The notes under the pieces were generated by a model. That model saw nothing but the letters and a program-made list of their open reading frames with translations, was not told the origin of the DNA and made no database searches. The position numbers and the translations under genes were made by a program. A DNA stretch of 64,000 nucleotides from Promethearchaeota archaeon. Lineage in GTDB: Archaea; Asgardarchaeota; Lokiarchaeia; Sigyniarchaeales; SOKP01. Of this stretch, positions 51,593-61,785 are shown in pieces (within the stretch, counting starts at the first letter, position 1; each line of letters opens with the position of its first letter). The DNA is taken from the NCBI GenBank assembly GCA_019058445.1, contig JAHPZA010000006.1:768001-832000 (forward strand), read 5' to 3'.

Positions 51593-52612
51593 TCATTTGT
51601 GTATTTCAGGACCGTCTGCTCCTTCTCTAAACCATGTTACTGGTCGATATTCACGGGGAACGATACCTTCTTGTTTAAATTCAGGATACCCTAGGCAGAA
51701 AGAAACAACGACTGTCCAAGGTGCTTTAATTCCGAGTTTTTTCTTCAAAGGAGGCAACGTATTGAGAACATTTGCTACAAATCCATTCCAACACGCTTTA
51801 ATTCCTAATGAATTAGCTACTAGATTCATATTCTGTCCACATATACCAATATTCAACGCAGGACCGGAAATAGATCTCTCGTCACCTAGGACAAGTATTA
51901 GCACAGGAGCATTAAACGCAACACCCATTATTTCCTTATTTTTAACTACAGATCCTACTCCTCCTAAGATAACTCGTGGATCTACAGAACCAGGCGCAAA
52001 AGGAGGTCCCTCAATTAAAGGTACCAGATTTTGTACCATTTTATCACTTTTATAAGCAGCATAAAAGAATTCTAAAATACCTGTCACTCCCTTTTCGATT
52101 TCTTTAATTAAAGCTTTATCGGTAATCACTATAAATTTCCAGGGCTGACAATTCCCCGCACTAGGTGCAAATCTTCCCGCTTCTAGAACTCTCTGAATTA
52201 AACTTTCAGGCACTGGTTTATCCTTGAGATTTCTTACACTACGGCGATTATAAATAATTTTTTCGACAGCATTCCATTCTGTAACATTCCCATTCTCATC
52301 TTTTGGCTCAAGAGGCATTTTCGCGGGTAAAGGATACGGATCAGTTTTCCAGTATCCCTCATCTACATGGTATGGATCCACGATAATGAGCGCATCATTT
52401 GGACAGGCTACTTTACAATTATAACAACTAAAGCATTCATATTCTTCTTTCAATGCTGGATATCCCCCTTCATCGAGTTCCCATGCTTGGAATGGACAAT
52501 TCCGCATACACAACCCGCACTTCGTACATTTATCATGATCAACTTTCATCACTCCCATATGGACATGTTCCATATTAGGCCGTAAAATATCTTGATATTT
52601 TTCTAATGGCAT
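51593..52612 (-). CDS. 2[4Fe-4S] ferredoxin-nitroreductase fusion
   Basis: CTKCGLCMRNCP and CFSCYNCKVACP; RRSVR; APSAGNCQPW; LGYP. Confidence 0.9.
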   Translation of the reverse strand: MPLEKYQDILRPNMEHVHMGVMKVDHDKCTKCGLCMRNCPFQAWELDEGGYPALKEEYECFSCYNCKVACPNDALIIVDPYHVDEGYWKTDPYPLPAKMPLEPKDENGNVTEWNAVEKIIYNRRSVRNLKDKPVPESLIQRVLEAGRFAPSAGNCQPWKFIVITDKALIKEIEKGVTGILEFFYAAYKSDKMVQNLVPLIEGPPFAPGSVDPRVILGGVGSVVKNKEIMGVAFNAPVLILVLGDERSISGPALNIGICGQNMNLVANSLGIKACWNGFVANVLNTLPPLKKKLGIKAPWTVVVSFCLGYPEFKQEGIVPREYRPVTWFREGADGPEIHK

Positions 52613-52627
52613 AATTGATACACTCCC

Positions 52628-54166
52628 TTATTCATCCTTCTTAACGTGCTGTAAAGTATCATATTCATATGAGTAAAGATGGAACTTATTTGGACTTAAC
52701 AGATAATTTGGATCAACAGTTTTCTTTATATCTTTAAAGAATTGTAAGAATTCTGGAGTATATGCACCAGCTTCCACAATAGATTGAGATATTGATTCAC
52801 CCAACCAATAATGGACCCCTCCGTAATGGACTTGATGTCGTAATTTTTTGTGCCACATATTCATAGCTTTATCACGTTCCTCATCAATATTATCAGCATG
52901 AATACCTCCGACTACCACTAAATTTCCATTAGGTAAAAACATTAAAATCATAGCTAATAAATCTACATTTCCTACGGGAAAGTCTTTCACATTATTCTTG
53001 TAAAATTCAGTACTTTTTCTTGCAACTTCGGATAAACTTGAGATAGGGATTTTATGACAAGTTGTGCAGCTGACTTTTGGTGGAGCAGGAGAAATAGCCA
53101 TATGAAAAAAGTTAAATGCATATTTTAACGTAAACTTCCAATCTTTCGATAATTCGGCATCTAGATTTACTTCTTGCCATTCAAAAGGTCGGGCAACCTC
53201 ATCTTTTGTCATAATTTCATCGATCTGCTCCAAATAAATATCTAAGATTCTTTCATCAAATGCCTCTAATCGAATTGACATAAGCGGCCCTCTTAAGCGT
53301 GGTTTTTTTGGGGGCTTAAATTTATCTTCAACGTTTCCTGCTACAAGTTGTACAACTACTGCAGGATATGCAACTAAGTCTAAAATTGCGTCTCCAACTT
53401 TCTTACGTAATTCATGTCCTAATTCGAATACTTTATCATAATCATTTTTTTTAAATAAATAGAAGCGATGTGCTTGATATGGTCCCAATGGAGCCAATCT
53501 CAGAAATGCTTTAGTTTTTATACCCATAGTTCCAACATCGCCCATAAATAACCCTGTGAAGTCAGGAGCAACCCCATATCTACAGAATGGAATAGCATAT
53601 TTGTTCGCTGCGGCTCCAGTTCTTAGAATGGTTCCCTGTGGGTTTGGAAGAACTACTTCAACGCCTAGGCATATATCAGGCACCAAACCAAATTTTGTAG
53701 AACCAAATCCTGCAGTTGCGTTTGAAAGGCCTCCTCCGATCGTTGCTGCATATCCACTTCCTGGACCAAGAACACCCGTTGTATATCCTCTAGAATGCAA
53801 CTGTGAAACTAAATCACCCCAAGTGATTCCGCATTCTACCTCAACGAAGAAATCATCTTCATTAATTTCTATAATATGATTCATGCGTGTAAGATCAATT
53901 AGTATGCCCCCTTCGGTAACTGACCCACCAACTAAATCGGCTCCTCCACCACGAGGCACCATTTTAATTTTATATTTATTAGCAATTTTTACGATTTCTG
54001 AAACTTCTTCTGTGGTCTCAGGCCTCACGATCATATCAGCCCATCGGTCGGGAAAGGCGGGATCGACATTTCGAGAGTATGCAGCTTTCATGAAGTCTTT
54101 ATCGGTGACATAATCGGTGCCAACTGCCCCTTCTATTTCTTTATAAGCATCTTTCACTTTCGATAT
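52628..54166 (-). CDS. FAD-binding oxidoreductase (VAO/GlcD-like), paralogue 4
   Basis: Same motifs as the paralogues. Proposed start ATA at 54166 (ORF track uses GTG at 54175). Confidence 0.88.
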   Translation of the reverse strand: MSKVKDAYKEIEGAVGTDYVTDKDFMKAAYSRNVDPAFPDRWADMIVRPETTEEVSEIVKIANKYKIKMVPRGGGADLVGGSVTEGGILIDLTRMNHIIEINEDDFFVEVECGITWGDLVSQLHSRGYTTGVLGPGSGYAATIGGGLSNATAGFGSTKFGLVPDICLGVEVVLPNPQGTILRTGAAANKYAIPFCRYGVAPDFTGLFMGDVGTMGIKTKAFLRLAPLGPYQAHRFYLFKKNDYDKVFELGHELRKKVGDAILDLVAYPAVVVQLVAGNVEDKFKPPKKPRLRGPLMSIRLEAFDERILDIYLEQIDEIMTKDEVARPFEWQEVNLDAELSKDWKFTLKYAFNFFHMAISPAPPKVSCTTCHKIPISSLSEVARKSTEFYKNNVKDFPVGNVDLLAMILMFLPNGNLVVVGGIHADNIDEERDKAMNMWHKKLRHQVHYGGVHYWLGESISQSIVEAGAYTPEFLQFFKDIKKTVDPNYLLSPNKFHLYSYEYDTLQHVKKDE

Positions 54167-54325
54167 TTTTATCACCCATATTATAACTTATAATTAAATT
54201 ATTATATTCCTAAGAGCTTTATAAAAGTTTACATATACAAGTTAGTTATAAATTGAGCTTATAAAAGAAGCAATAGTATAACAGAAACTTAAGAAGGTAA
54301 TGTTTAGGCTAGAAATTTCGCTATC

Positions 54326-55264
54326 TTATATTCGATTTCCTAACGTGTTTTTAAGATGTTCTTTTGTTGACAATCCTGATTTTATGAGACATGTTTCTAT
54401 CGCAGCATAATCTTCCTTCCGTTGTTTTCTTATAATTGCTTTCCACCCTCGTTTAAACGCGATTCCTTTTATAAGAAGTGCCAATCTAAGGATCCTTTTA
54501 TCAAAAATATACAGTCTATTTTTCTTAATCCCTTTTATGTATTTCTTAGCCGCGAAGGCGGGTTCTACTCCTGCTTTAAAATACTCTACAGCAAAACATT
54601 CTTTGAAATTCTCGAATTTTTTTTTTATCTCTTCCTGATCAGTGACTGTGAAGAGTTGCGGGTCGAAATCTATAGGGCTGGATCTTCCTATATTAGTCCT
54701 TACTCGTATTGGACAAATTACAGAAAATATTATTCCCGTATTATATAATTCGCTATATAGTGCTTCTGTGAGACCTACCACAGCGAATTTTGAGGCTACA
54801 TAGTGCGGATGATATGCTAAGCCTATTATCCCTGCTCCAGAACCGGTATTAACAATATGACCAGAACCTCTTTCAAGCATTTTGGGCAGAAAAACCTTGA
54901 TTGAATAGATTATCGACCATAAATTAACATCTAAAACTCGTTTCCACTCATCAAGTTCAATGGCATCAACAAAACCGCCACCAGCGGTTCCCGCATTATT
55001 AATTAGAAGATCGAGTTCCCCAAATTTTTGGTAGAAATCGTTTGCCATTTCATTTATTTCCTCGAATTTAGAAACATCGCACTTTCGAATGTATACTTTT
55101 ACTCCCATATCTAAAATCTCTTCTTTTACTTTTTCTAAATTTTTAATATCGATATCCGCTAGAAAAAGATTCATTCCTTCTTTTGCCAATCCTATTGCTA
55201 GTGAGCGTCCTATTCCGCTGCCAGCACCAGTTAGTAGGCAATTTTTATCTTTTAAAATCTTCAT
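54326..55264 (-). CDS. Short-chain dehydrogenase/reductase
   Basis: TGAGSGIG, NNAG, catalytic YVASK. Confidence 0.93.
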   Translation of the reverse strand: MKILKDKNCLLTGAGSGIGRSLAIGLAKEGMNLFLADIDIKNLEKVKEEILDMGVKVYIRKCDVSKFEEINEMANDFYQKFGELDLLINNAGTAGGGFVDAIELDEWKRVLDVNLWSIIYSIKVFLPKMLERGSGHIVNTGSGAGIIGLAYHPHYVASKFAVVGLTEALYSELYNTGIIFSVICPIRVRTNIGRSSPIDFDPQLFTVTDQEEIKKKFENFKECFAVEYFKAGVEPAFAAKKYIKGIKKNRLYIFDKRILRLALLIKGIAFKRGWKAIIRKQRKEDYAAIETCLIKSGLSTKEHLKNTLGNRI

Positions 55265-55395
55265 TTTATTTCCCTGAAATTGATAGTAATAAATTGTTTG
55301 ATATTTAATATAAGATTATAACTTTTACCAATAAAAAGAGAATGAATACTAGATATTAAAGTAAAAAGAAAAAGTTAGAGAATTACGTTCATATT

Positions 55396-55983
55396 TCATT
55401 TTGGAAAACTTGGTAGTCCCCTTTCTCTTTGAACGCCAAAAGTGTTAAGTGCCCAGCTTACTAGATTGTATTGTCCAATCGTGAAAACAACATCCATCAA
55501 TTGTTTTGTATTATACCGTTCACTGAGGGCATTCCAAGTCGCATCGCTAATAAAGGCATCGGAGAAAAGTTCATCCACCGCTCGAATTAATGTAGCTTCG
55601 AAAGGATCCCATCCAGTAGCGTCTGCTCCTTCTGTGATGCGCTTAATATCTTCATCATTAAGTCCGGCACGCTTTCCAATAATCACATGTTGACCCCATT
55701 CATATTCTGAGCCACAAAGCCAACCAATGCGCAGAATAAGAATTTCCTTCTCCCGTATAGGAAGAGCTGATTTAAATAGAACATGATTTCCAAAGACTCG
55801 CCATCTTTTATATAATTTCGAATAATTAGCCAAGGTTTTCACAATATTGATAACTGGATTACCTGTTTTTTGTAAACCCTCTATAAGGATTCGAGCATCT
55901 TCATCCCATTCACTTTCTTCTAAAGGTTTTATTCGAGGTTCAGCAAGGTGTTTTGGGGTTTTTCTTTCAATTTTTTTTTCCAT
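55396..55983 (-). CDS. Carboxymuconolactone decarboxylase/AhpD-like family protein
   Basis: REKEILILRIGWLCGSEYEWGQH, SDATWNAL, FTIGQY. Confidence 0.85.
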   Translation of the reverse strand: MEKKIERKTPKHLAEPRIKPLEESEWDEDARILIEGLQKTGNPVINIVKTLANYSKLYKRWRVFGNHVLFKSALPIREKEILILRIGWLCGSEYEWGQHVIIGKRAGLNDEDIKRITEGADATGWDPFEATLIRAVDELFSDAFISDATWNALSERYNTKQLMDVVFTIGQYNLVSWALNTFGVQRERGLPSFPK

Positions 55984-56107
55984 TTTTTATTAACCCTTTC
56001 AATTATTTTGCCAATTTTTTAAGAATTTATTTGCTTTTTATTAATTAAAAAATTTATAAAAACGTGATCAATTTATTTAATTCTAAGATAGAATATCGTG
56101 ATTAATA

Positions 56108-58729
56108 GTGAAAATCCTTAAAAGTTCTTATTTAAATTGTGTTGCCTTTCCTTTAGGTGGTATTGGAACAGGAAACATCTCATTGGCAGGTGATGGCAGC
56201 TTAAGGCAATGGCAAATCGTTAATAATGTATATCATTTAGGTTATGTTCCCTCATCATTTTTTTTCATTCAAACTCGCACAGAAGATTCAGATAATTGGA
56301 TTTTTAAACTCCTTGAAAAGAAGATTAAACTTCCCAAAGACTATAAACCTGCCGAAAGTGTAAATGATTTCATAATTCCAAACGATGTCTTAACAAGACA
56401 TGAGAATTATGAGTGCTTTCATGATTTAGAATTTAATGGTGAATATCCTATTGCATTAATTAAATTCTCTGAAGATGAAGTACCTGTTGATATCAAACTT
56501 GAAGCTTGGAATCCAATGATTCCTTTAGATATCAAAAATTCAAGTATACCGGTAATTGTATTTAGTTTTAAGATTAAGAACCCAAATGAAACTAAGTCAG
56601 TGAAAATGAGAATTGGAGGACAAATATTAAATTTTATTGGTTGGGACGGGGCCTCTGAAATGGATTTGAATTTCTATCCTAATTTTTATCGAAATTTAAA
56701 CCAATCTACTGCCCAGGATAATTATAAAGGTATTTATATGCACTCAGAGAATCCCGTGCTTGATGATTCACTCCAAGGAGAGATAATATTTGCATCCTTA
56801 GAAAGAGATTGTTTGATTTTTTCTAATGTGTCCAATTTAAATGAATTATTAAATGACTCAAATATGAAAACTAAACAAATTGAAAGAACTGAGCCCTCTT
56901 CTCATGGAAAAACATGGTGTGGGGCATTAATTAACGAATTTTCCCTAGCTCCAATGGAAGAAAAAAATATAATTTTCCTTTTAGGTTGGTCATTTCCCAA
57001 TAGATATCAAAATTGGGATAAAGAATTATATCGCAAAGTTAAAGTTGATCAAAAAAGTAAGTTTTGGCTAGGGAACGGATATAATCGATGGTTCAGAAAT
57101 ACTGAGGAGGTGATCGAGTATACAATTGCCAATTTTAACTTTCTTAAAGAAAGTACTAAAAATTTTCATAATTTGCTCTTTAATACAACACTACCTAAAG
57201 AGATCATAAGCTCTGTTTCCGCGACAATGTCAACTATACGAAGTCCTTCATGTTTTTTAACAAATAAAGGAGAGTTCATGGGTTTTGAAGGCTGCTGTGG
57301 AGCTAGCACAGCATTTCATACTGAGGAAACTGGAGGATGCTGTCCAATGAATTGTACGCATGTTTGGAATTATGCTGTCACCCAATCAAGGCTCTATCCC
57401 TCATTAGAAATCTCTATGCTAGAAAATGAATTTAAACGTATAACTCGAAGGGGAATGTTACCTCATAGATTGGTTGTCCCTACCTATTTGCCACAACTAG
57501 AGGACAAACGAATTGGGGGACCCGATCATCCCGCTATGGATGGTTTGTTTGGATGTATTTTAAAAACATACCGGATGTTAATAACTACCAATGATTTCGA
57601 ATGGTTCAAGAAAGCGTATCCTAAAATTAGAGACTTAATGAATTATATTTTCCGAGAATGTGATCCCGATGAGCAGGGAATTATTGAGAGCGAACAACCA
57701 AATACTTATGATATTTCTTTCTATGGAAAAAATTTATTTATAGGAGCTCTATACCTTGCAGCGTTAAAAGCCTTTGGAAGAATGGCAGAAATGGTATATG
57801 ATAGTGAATTTAAAGAGAAATGTGACAAACGATTTACTAATGGAAAAAAGAATTATGACGATTCTTTATGGAATGGAGAATACTGGATTCAAAAATATAA
57901 TGAAAAGAAACATAAAAGCTCTCAATATGGTACTGGCTGTCTTTCGGATCAACTTTTTGGTCAGTTCTGGGCGTATATGCTCGAACTTGGTTCCCTCTTA
58001 CCTGATGATAAGATTAAAGTTACTTTAGACAATATAATGAAATACAATTTTAAGGAGAATTTTTACGGGATTGTTCAGAAACCGAGAGTTTTTGCTTCTG
58101 AACATGACAAGGGATTATTGGTTTGTTCTTGGCCTAAAGGTGGAGAGCCTCAATTTCCATTCTTATACGCACATGAAGTGTGGACAGGAATAGAATATGA
58201 GATTGCTGCGCTCTTGCTCGAACACGGAAGAATTGATAATGCTTTAAAAATTATGAAAGCTGTTCGTGAACGCTATAATGGAGAGTATAGAAATCCATGG
58301 AATGAAGTAGAATGTGGAGATCATTATATTAGAGCAATGTCTTCTTGGAGAGTTTATGAGGGAGCTCTAGGGTATTATTGGAATGCACTTGAGAATCGTA
58401 TCAATTTTTTGCCTCTATTTACCAATAATCCAATGCAAGCATTATTTATTACAAATTCTTCTTGGGGGTTGATTAGGAGAAAAGATGATTCACTCAACCT
58501 GACAATTACTATTAAACCTTTTTTTGGAGAATTAAAATTGAAAATCTTAAGAACATGGAAACCGAAAGAAGACTTTGATCATGTAATTGAAGCGATCCTA
58601 AACGATCTAAGTTTAAATGATGTGATGGATATCGAAATTTCAAATGAAATTCTTGAAATTAAATTCAAGGAAATTTTACAAGTTGGTCCCAACAAAGAAT
58701 TAGAGATAAAAATTAAATCAAAAAAATAG
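56108..58729 (+). CDS. GH116 beta-glucosidase (non-lysosomal glucosylceramidase/GBA2-like)
   Basis: PLGGIGTG, GEYP, GFEGC, NCTHVWNY, QPNTYD, WNGEY, DQLFGQ, EVWTGIEY, NPWNEVECGDHYIRAMSSW. Confidence 0.9.
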   Translation: MKILKSSYLNCVAFPLGGIGTGNISLAGDGSLRQWQIVNNVYHLGYVPSSFFFIQTRTEDSDNWIFKLLEKKIKLPKDYKPAESVNDFIIPNDVLTRHENYECFHDLEFNGEYPIALIKFSEDEVPVDIKLEAWNPMIPLDIKNSSIPVIVFSFKIKNPNETKSVKMRIGGQILNFIGWDGASEMDLNFYPNFYRNLNQSTAQDNYKGIYMHSENPVLDDSLQGEIIFASLERDCLIFSNVSNLNELLNDSNMKTKQIERTEPSSHGKTWCGALINEFSLAPMEEKNIIFLLGWSFPNRYQNWDKELYRKVKVDQKSKFWLGNGYNRWFRNTEEVIEYTIANFNFLKESTKNFHNLLFNTTLPKEIISSVSATMSTIRSPSCFLTNKGEFMGFEGCCGASTAFHTEETGGCCPMNCTHVWNYAVTQSRLYPSLEISMLENEFKRITRRGMLPHRLVVPTYLPQLEDKRIGGPDHPAMDGLFGCILKTYRMLITTNDFEWFKKAYPKIRDLMNYIFRECDPDEQGIIESEQPNTYDISFYGKNLFIGALYLAALKAFGRMAEMVYDSEFKEKCDKRFTNGKKNYDDSLWNGEYWIQKYNEKKHKSSQYGTGCLSDQLFGQFWAYMLELGSLLPDDKIKVTLDNIMKYNFKENFYGIVQKPRVFASEHDKGLLVCSWPKGGEPQFPFLYAHEVWTGIEYEIAALLLEHGRIDNALKIMKAVRERYNGEYRNPWNEVECGDHYIRAMSSWRVYEGALGYYWNALENRINFLPLFTNNPMQALFITNSSWGLIRRKDDSLNLTITIKPFFGELKLKILRTWKPKEDFDHVIEAILNDLSLNDVMDIEISNEILEIKFKEILQVGPNKELEIKIKSKK

Positions 58730-58982
58730 TATTTCTATAGATGGTCCTACCAGTATTGATAGTTTGATTACCCGAATTGAATCTTATGTTGATGTTAGTT
58801 GATTTCCAGTTAGCCTAAATTTCAATCAAGTAATACACTTATTTTGCTTATTAAAAAATTATTAGTTAATAAAAACGTGAAAAATTTTTTTCATTAATGG
58901 AAAAAATTGTAATGAATTATATAGATCTTTTACTCTAATATTAAACAAAAAAAAATAATACTATGTTTTTAAGGTCAATATT

Positions 58983-60275
58983 ATGACCCAAATAAATGAA
59001 GATTCACCTGTAAGATCGCCGGGTTATTTCAAATATATGATGATCATCTTAATGCTTGTCTTAATCTTAGATAACTATACTCAATTTTATAGTGCTATAA
59101 TACCTTCAAAAGTAGTTGAAGAATTTTTAGGACATTATCCACAAAATGTTGCCAATTCAATCTTTGCTTTCTCATTAGCAATAGCTTCAATAGGTAGCTA
59201 TATTGTTTTTCTTGTATGGTATTCATCAGACAGAGTTGGAAGGAAATTTTTATTAGTCATATCCGTATTTGGAATGGCATTTGCTTCATTAGGTATTTTA
59301 TTGTCGAGAAATATTGTTGAATATACCATATTCCGCCTTCTTCTTGCTATTTTTGTTGGTTCGGATATTTGGTTGATTTATATTAATGAGGAATCTCCCC
59401 CTGAAAAAAAAGCATTTTATGTAAATATAGCTTTAATAGGGGGTATGATTGGTATATTGCTAATGGCAGTTTTTCGTTCAATTTATATCACCGACACATC
59501 TCCAGTGGGAGCTTGGAGGGGTATGACATATTTTTCGATCCTACTTGGAATTCCATTAGGAATTCTAGTAGCATTAACAATCAAAGAAACATCTAAATAT
59601 GAAGAAATCAAACAAAAAAGGCTCACAAGAGAAGATAGAGCAAAACTATTAAAGAAAAACATTAAAACCATTTTTAAGTCTGACAATCGAAAAGCCTATA
59701 TCACTACTTTAACTGTTCATTTCATATGGAATTTAAATGGGATATATATTAATTTAGCCGAATTATACATGGCACAAAGCCCTAATCTAAAAGAGGGAGA
59801 TATTAACATAGTAGTATTAATCTTAGTTCCGTCAATAGCGGGAGGTTTTCTTACTACGGGATTATTAGCAGATAAAATTGGGAGGAAACCATTACTGTAT
59901 GTTTATATTGCTTTATTCTTCGTGGGAGCTATAATTTTTCTTGTGGGAGCTGCAACACCAGGTATCGCATTAGTTTTAGTTTGTACAGGGCAGGCTATGA
60001 TTAATGTAGCCTATTGGGGAACATGGGTTCTTATTAGTATAATTACTATAGAATTAATTCCAACAGATGCGAGAGGGACTGGAACGGGCTTTAAATCTTT
60101 AATAGGAACATTAGCGGGAACTACTGCTTTAATAGTTACTGGTATAATCACCTACTTTTTCTCTTTATTTGTCGTATTTGTTGTTTTCGTAATAATTCTC
60201 TTATTTAATTTACCGTTAATCTATAAATTTATGATAGAAACTCTAGGCACGGATTTAAGCCAGATTAAATCATAA
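58983..60275 (+). CDS. MFS transporter (paralogue of 16818..18110)
   Basis: SDRVGRK, ADKIGRK, ELIPTDARGTGTG; 12 TM helices. Confidence 0.9.
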   Translation: MTQINEDSPVRSPGYFKYMMIILMLVLILDNYTQFYSAIIPSKVVEEFLGHYPQNVANSIFAFSLAIASIGSYIVFLVWYSSDRVGRKFLLVISVFGMAFASLGILLSRNIVEYTIFRLLLAIFVGSDIWLIYINEESPPEKKAFYVNIALIGGMIGILLMAVFRSIYITDTSPVGAWRGMTYFSILLGIPLGILVALTIKETSKYEEIKQKRLTREDRAKLLKKNIKTIFKSDNRKAYITTLTVHFIWNLNGIYINLAELYMAQSPNLKEGDINIVVLILVPSIAGGFLTTGLLADKIGRKPLLYVYIALFFVGAIIFLVGAATPGIALVLVCTGQAMINVAYWGTWVLISIITIELIPTDARGTGTGFKSLIGTLAGTTALIVTGIITYFFSLFVVFVVFVIILLFNLPLIYKFMIETLGTDLSQIKS

Positions 60276-60309
60276 AATTTTTTATATTTATTTTTTCCCT
60301 ATTATTTTA

Positions 60310-61605
60310 TTAGGTAAATTCTGGGAAAACAAGTATAAAATTGGTACCTTTTGTATGATCTCCCTTAATCCTATCTGCAATATAAAGACTTCCATTAAAG
60401 GATTTCGTCAATGTATGAATTAATGTGAGGCCTATCCCCATCCCTTTAGAGCCTGATCGTTTTTCGTAATCTCCTTGGAGTATATTCTCTTTCATATTAT
60501 TTGGAATACCTATACCATTATCAATGAATTCGATTTTAATTAATGAGCCTTCCTTATCTTTTAACTTAGAAACTCTAACTTGAATCTCAATTTGGTCATT
60601 TTCATTGTGGTCAATAGCATTGATTAATATATTTTCGAAAATATCTAATAACAGGTCATTCGCCGCGATGAAGAAATTCTCCAGCTTATTTTCAAACTTT
60701 ATATTGACCTTTTTATCAGTAGACTTTTCTGATACAAATTCAATGGCAGAGTGGAGGATAGAGATTACTTCAATTTTCTCGAGTTCCTCGGAACATTCTA
60801 GATCTGATAAAGTACAAACGTTTTTTATTAATTCTGCCCCTCTAAATACATGAGTTTGAATCTTCTTTACCATCTCATTGAATTTTTCTGCGTCTTCTAT
60901 ATTTTTAAAGATATAAGGAAGTATTCCAACGGAACCTTGAATCGCCTGAAGTATATTTCGCATGTCATGAGCGAATATCCTTCTATAGAACTCTGCTCTA
61001 TTATAAGCTTCTCTATACTTTATTTCAGATTCCTTTAATAACTGATCAGCTCGATTTTGCTTGATAATTCTCCACATCTTATCCATAAAAAGAGTAAGTT
61101 GGCGTGTGTCAGAATCATCGTAAGGATCATCCTTATTACCTACTCCTACAATAGAAACTACTTTATTATCATCATCAAATATTGGAACGCTCATATGACG
61201 ATATACGGGAAAATGGCCTTCAGGATAACCTTTCTTATGTGGGTTATTAGAATAGTCGTTATGTATTACTGGCTTTTTTTCACGAAAACAATCTGCCCAA
61301 ATTCCAGCTTCGGTAATAGGATAATGAGGTACTTTTTCAGCAGTGCAGTTCCTTAAAACGTCCTTTGACCATGTAAATAATGATAATGTATTTTGATCCT
61401 CATTTACAAAATGGAGATAACCAACCTTACTTCTTGTTAATCTTACACATTCCTCTAAAGTATAATCAATATAATCTTTTTCTGAAAGCCCTTTTAGTTG
61501 AGTCATTTTTAAAAGAGCAGTTAATCTCTCTTCATCGAATTTAAGTTTTTCCAATAGACCTTCATAATTCTTATTCTTATCCTTTACTTTTCCATCATTT
61601 ATCAT
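60310..61605 (-). CDS. GAF-domain sensor histidine kinase
   Basis: GAF domain (LTRSKVGYLHF...PVIHNDY..GYPEGH..MSVP..GVGNK); H-box FAHDMRNILQ; DNGIGI; GMGIGL. ATG at 61605 follows AAGGTG. Confidence 0.9.
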   Translation of the reverse strand: MINDGKVKDKNKNYEGLLEKLKFDEERLTALLKMTQLKGLSEKDYIDYTLEECVRLTRSKVGYLHFVNEDQNTLSLFTWSKDVLRNCTAEKVPHYPITEAGIWADCFREKKPVIHNDYSNNPHKKGYPEGHFPVYRHMSVPIFDDDNKVVSIVGVGNKDDPYDDSDTRQLTLFMDKMWRIIKQNRADQLLKESEIKYREAYNRAEFYRRIFAHDMRNILQAIQGSVGILPYIFKNIEDAEKFNEMVKKIQTHVFRGAELIKNVCTLSDLECSEELEKIEVISILHSAIEFVSEKSTDKKVNIKFENKLENFFIAANDLLLDIFENILINAIDHNENDQIEIQVRVSKLKDKEGSLIKIEFIDNGIGIPNNMKENILQGDYEKRSGSKGMGIGLTLIHTLTKSFNGSLYIADRIKGDHTKGTNFILVFPEFT

Positions 61606-61785
61606 CGCGGCACCTTTATTTAATACTGTATACCTCAAAAATATTATCAATTGGTGATTTTTATTTCTTTTCATTTAAAAAATAAAGTTAACAGCTCTTA
61701 TAGGATTCAGTTTGAGCATTTTATTTAATGCTACGATAATAGAAATTATTAAAAAAAAATTAATATTTTATTTGAGAGCCGTTGT

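Noticed and set aside
58718-58802. Possible frameshift extension of GH116 at the terminal A-run (NSISIDGPTSIDSLITRIESYVDVS*)
   Set aside because: GH116 appears complete; no stimulatory structure or homology supports the extension.
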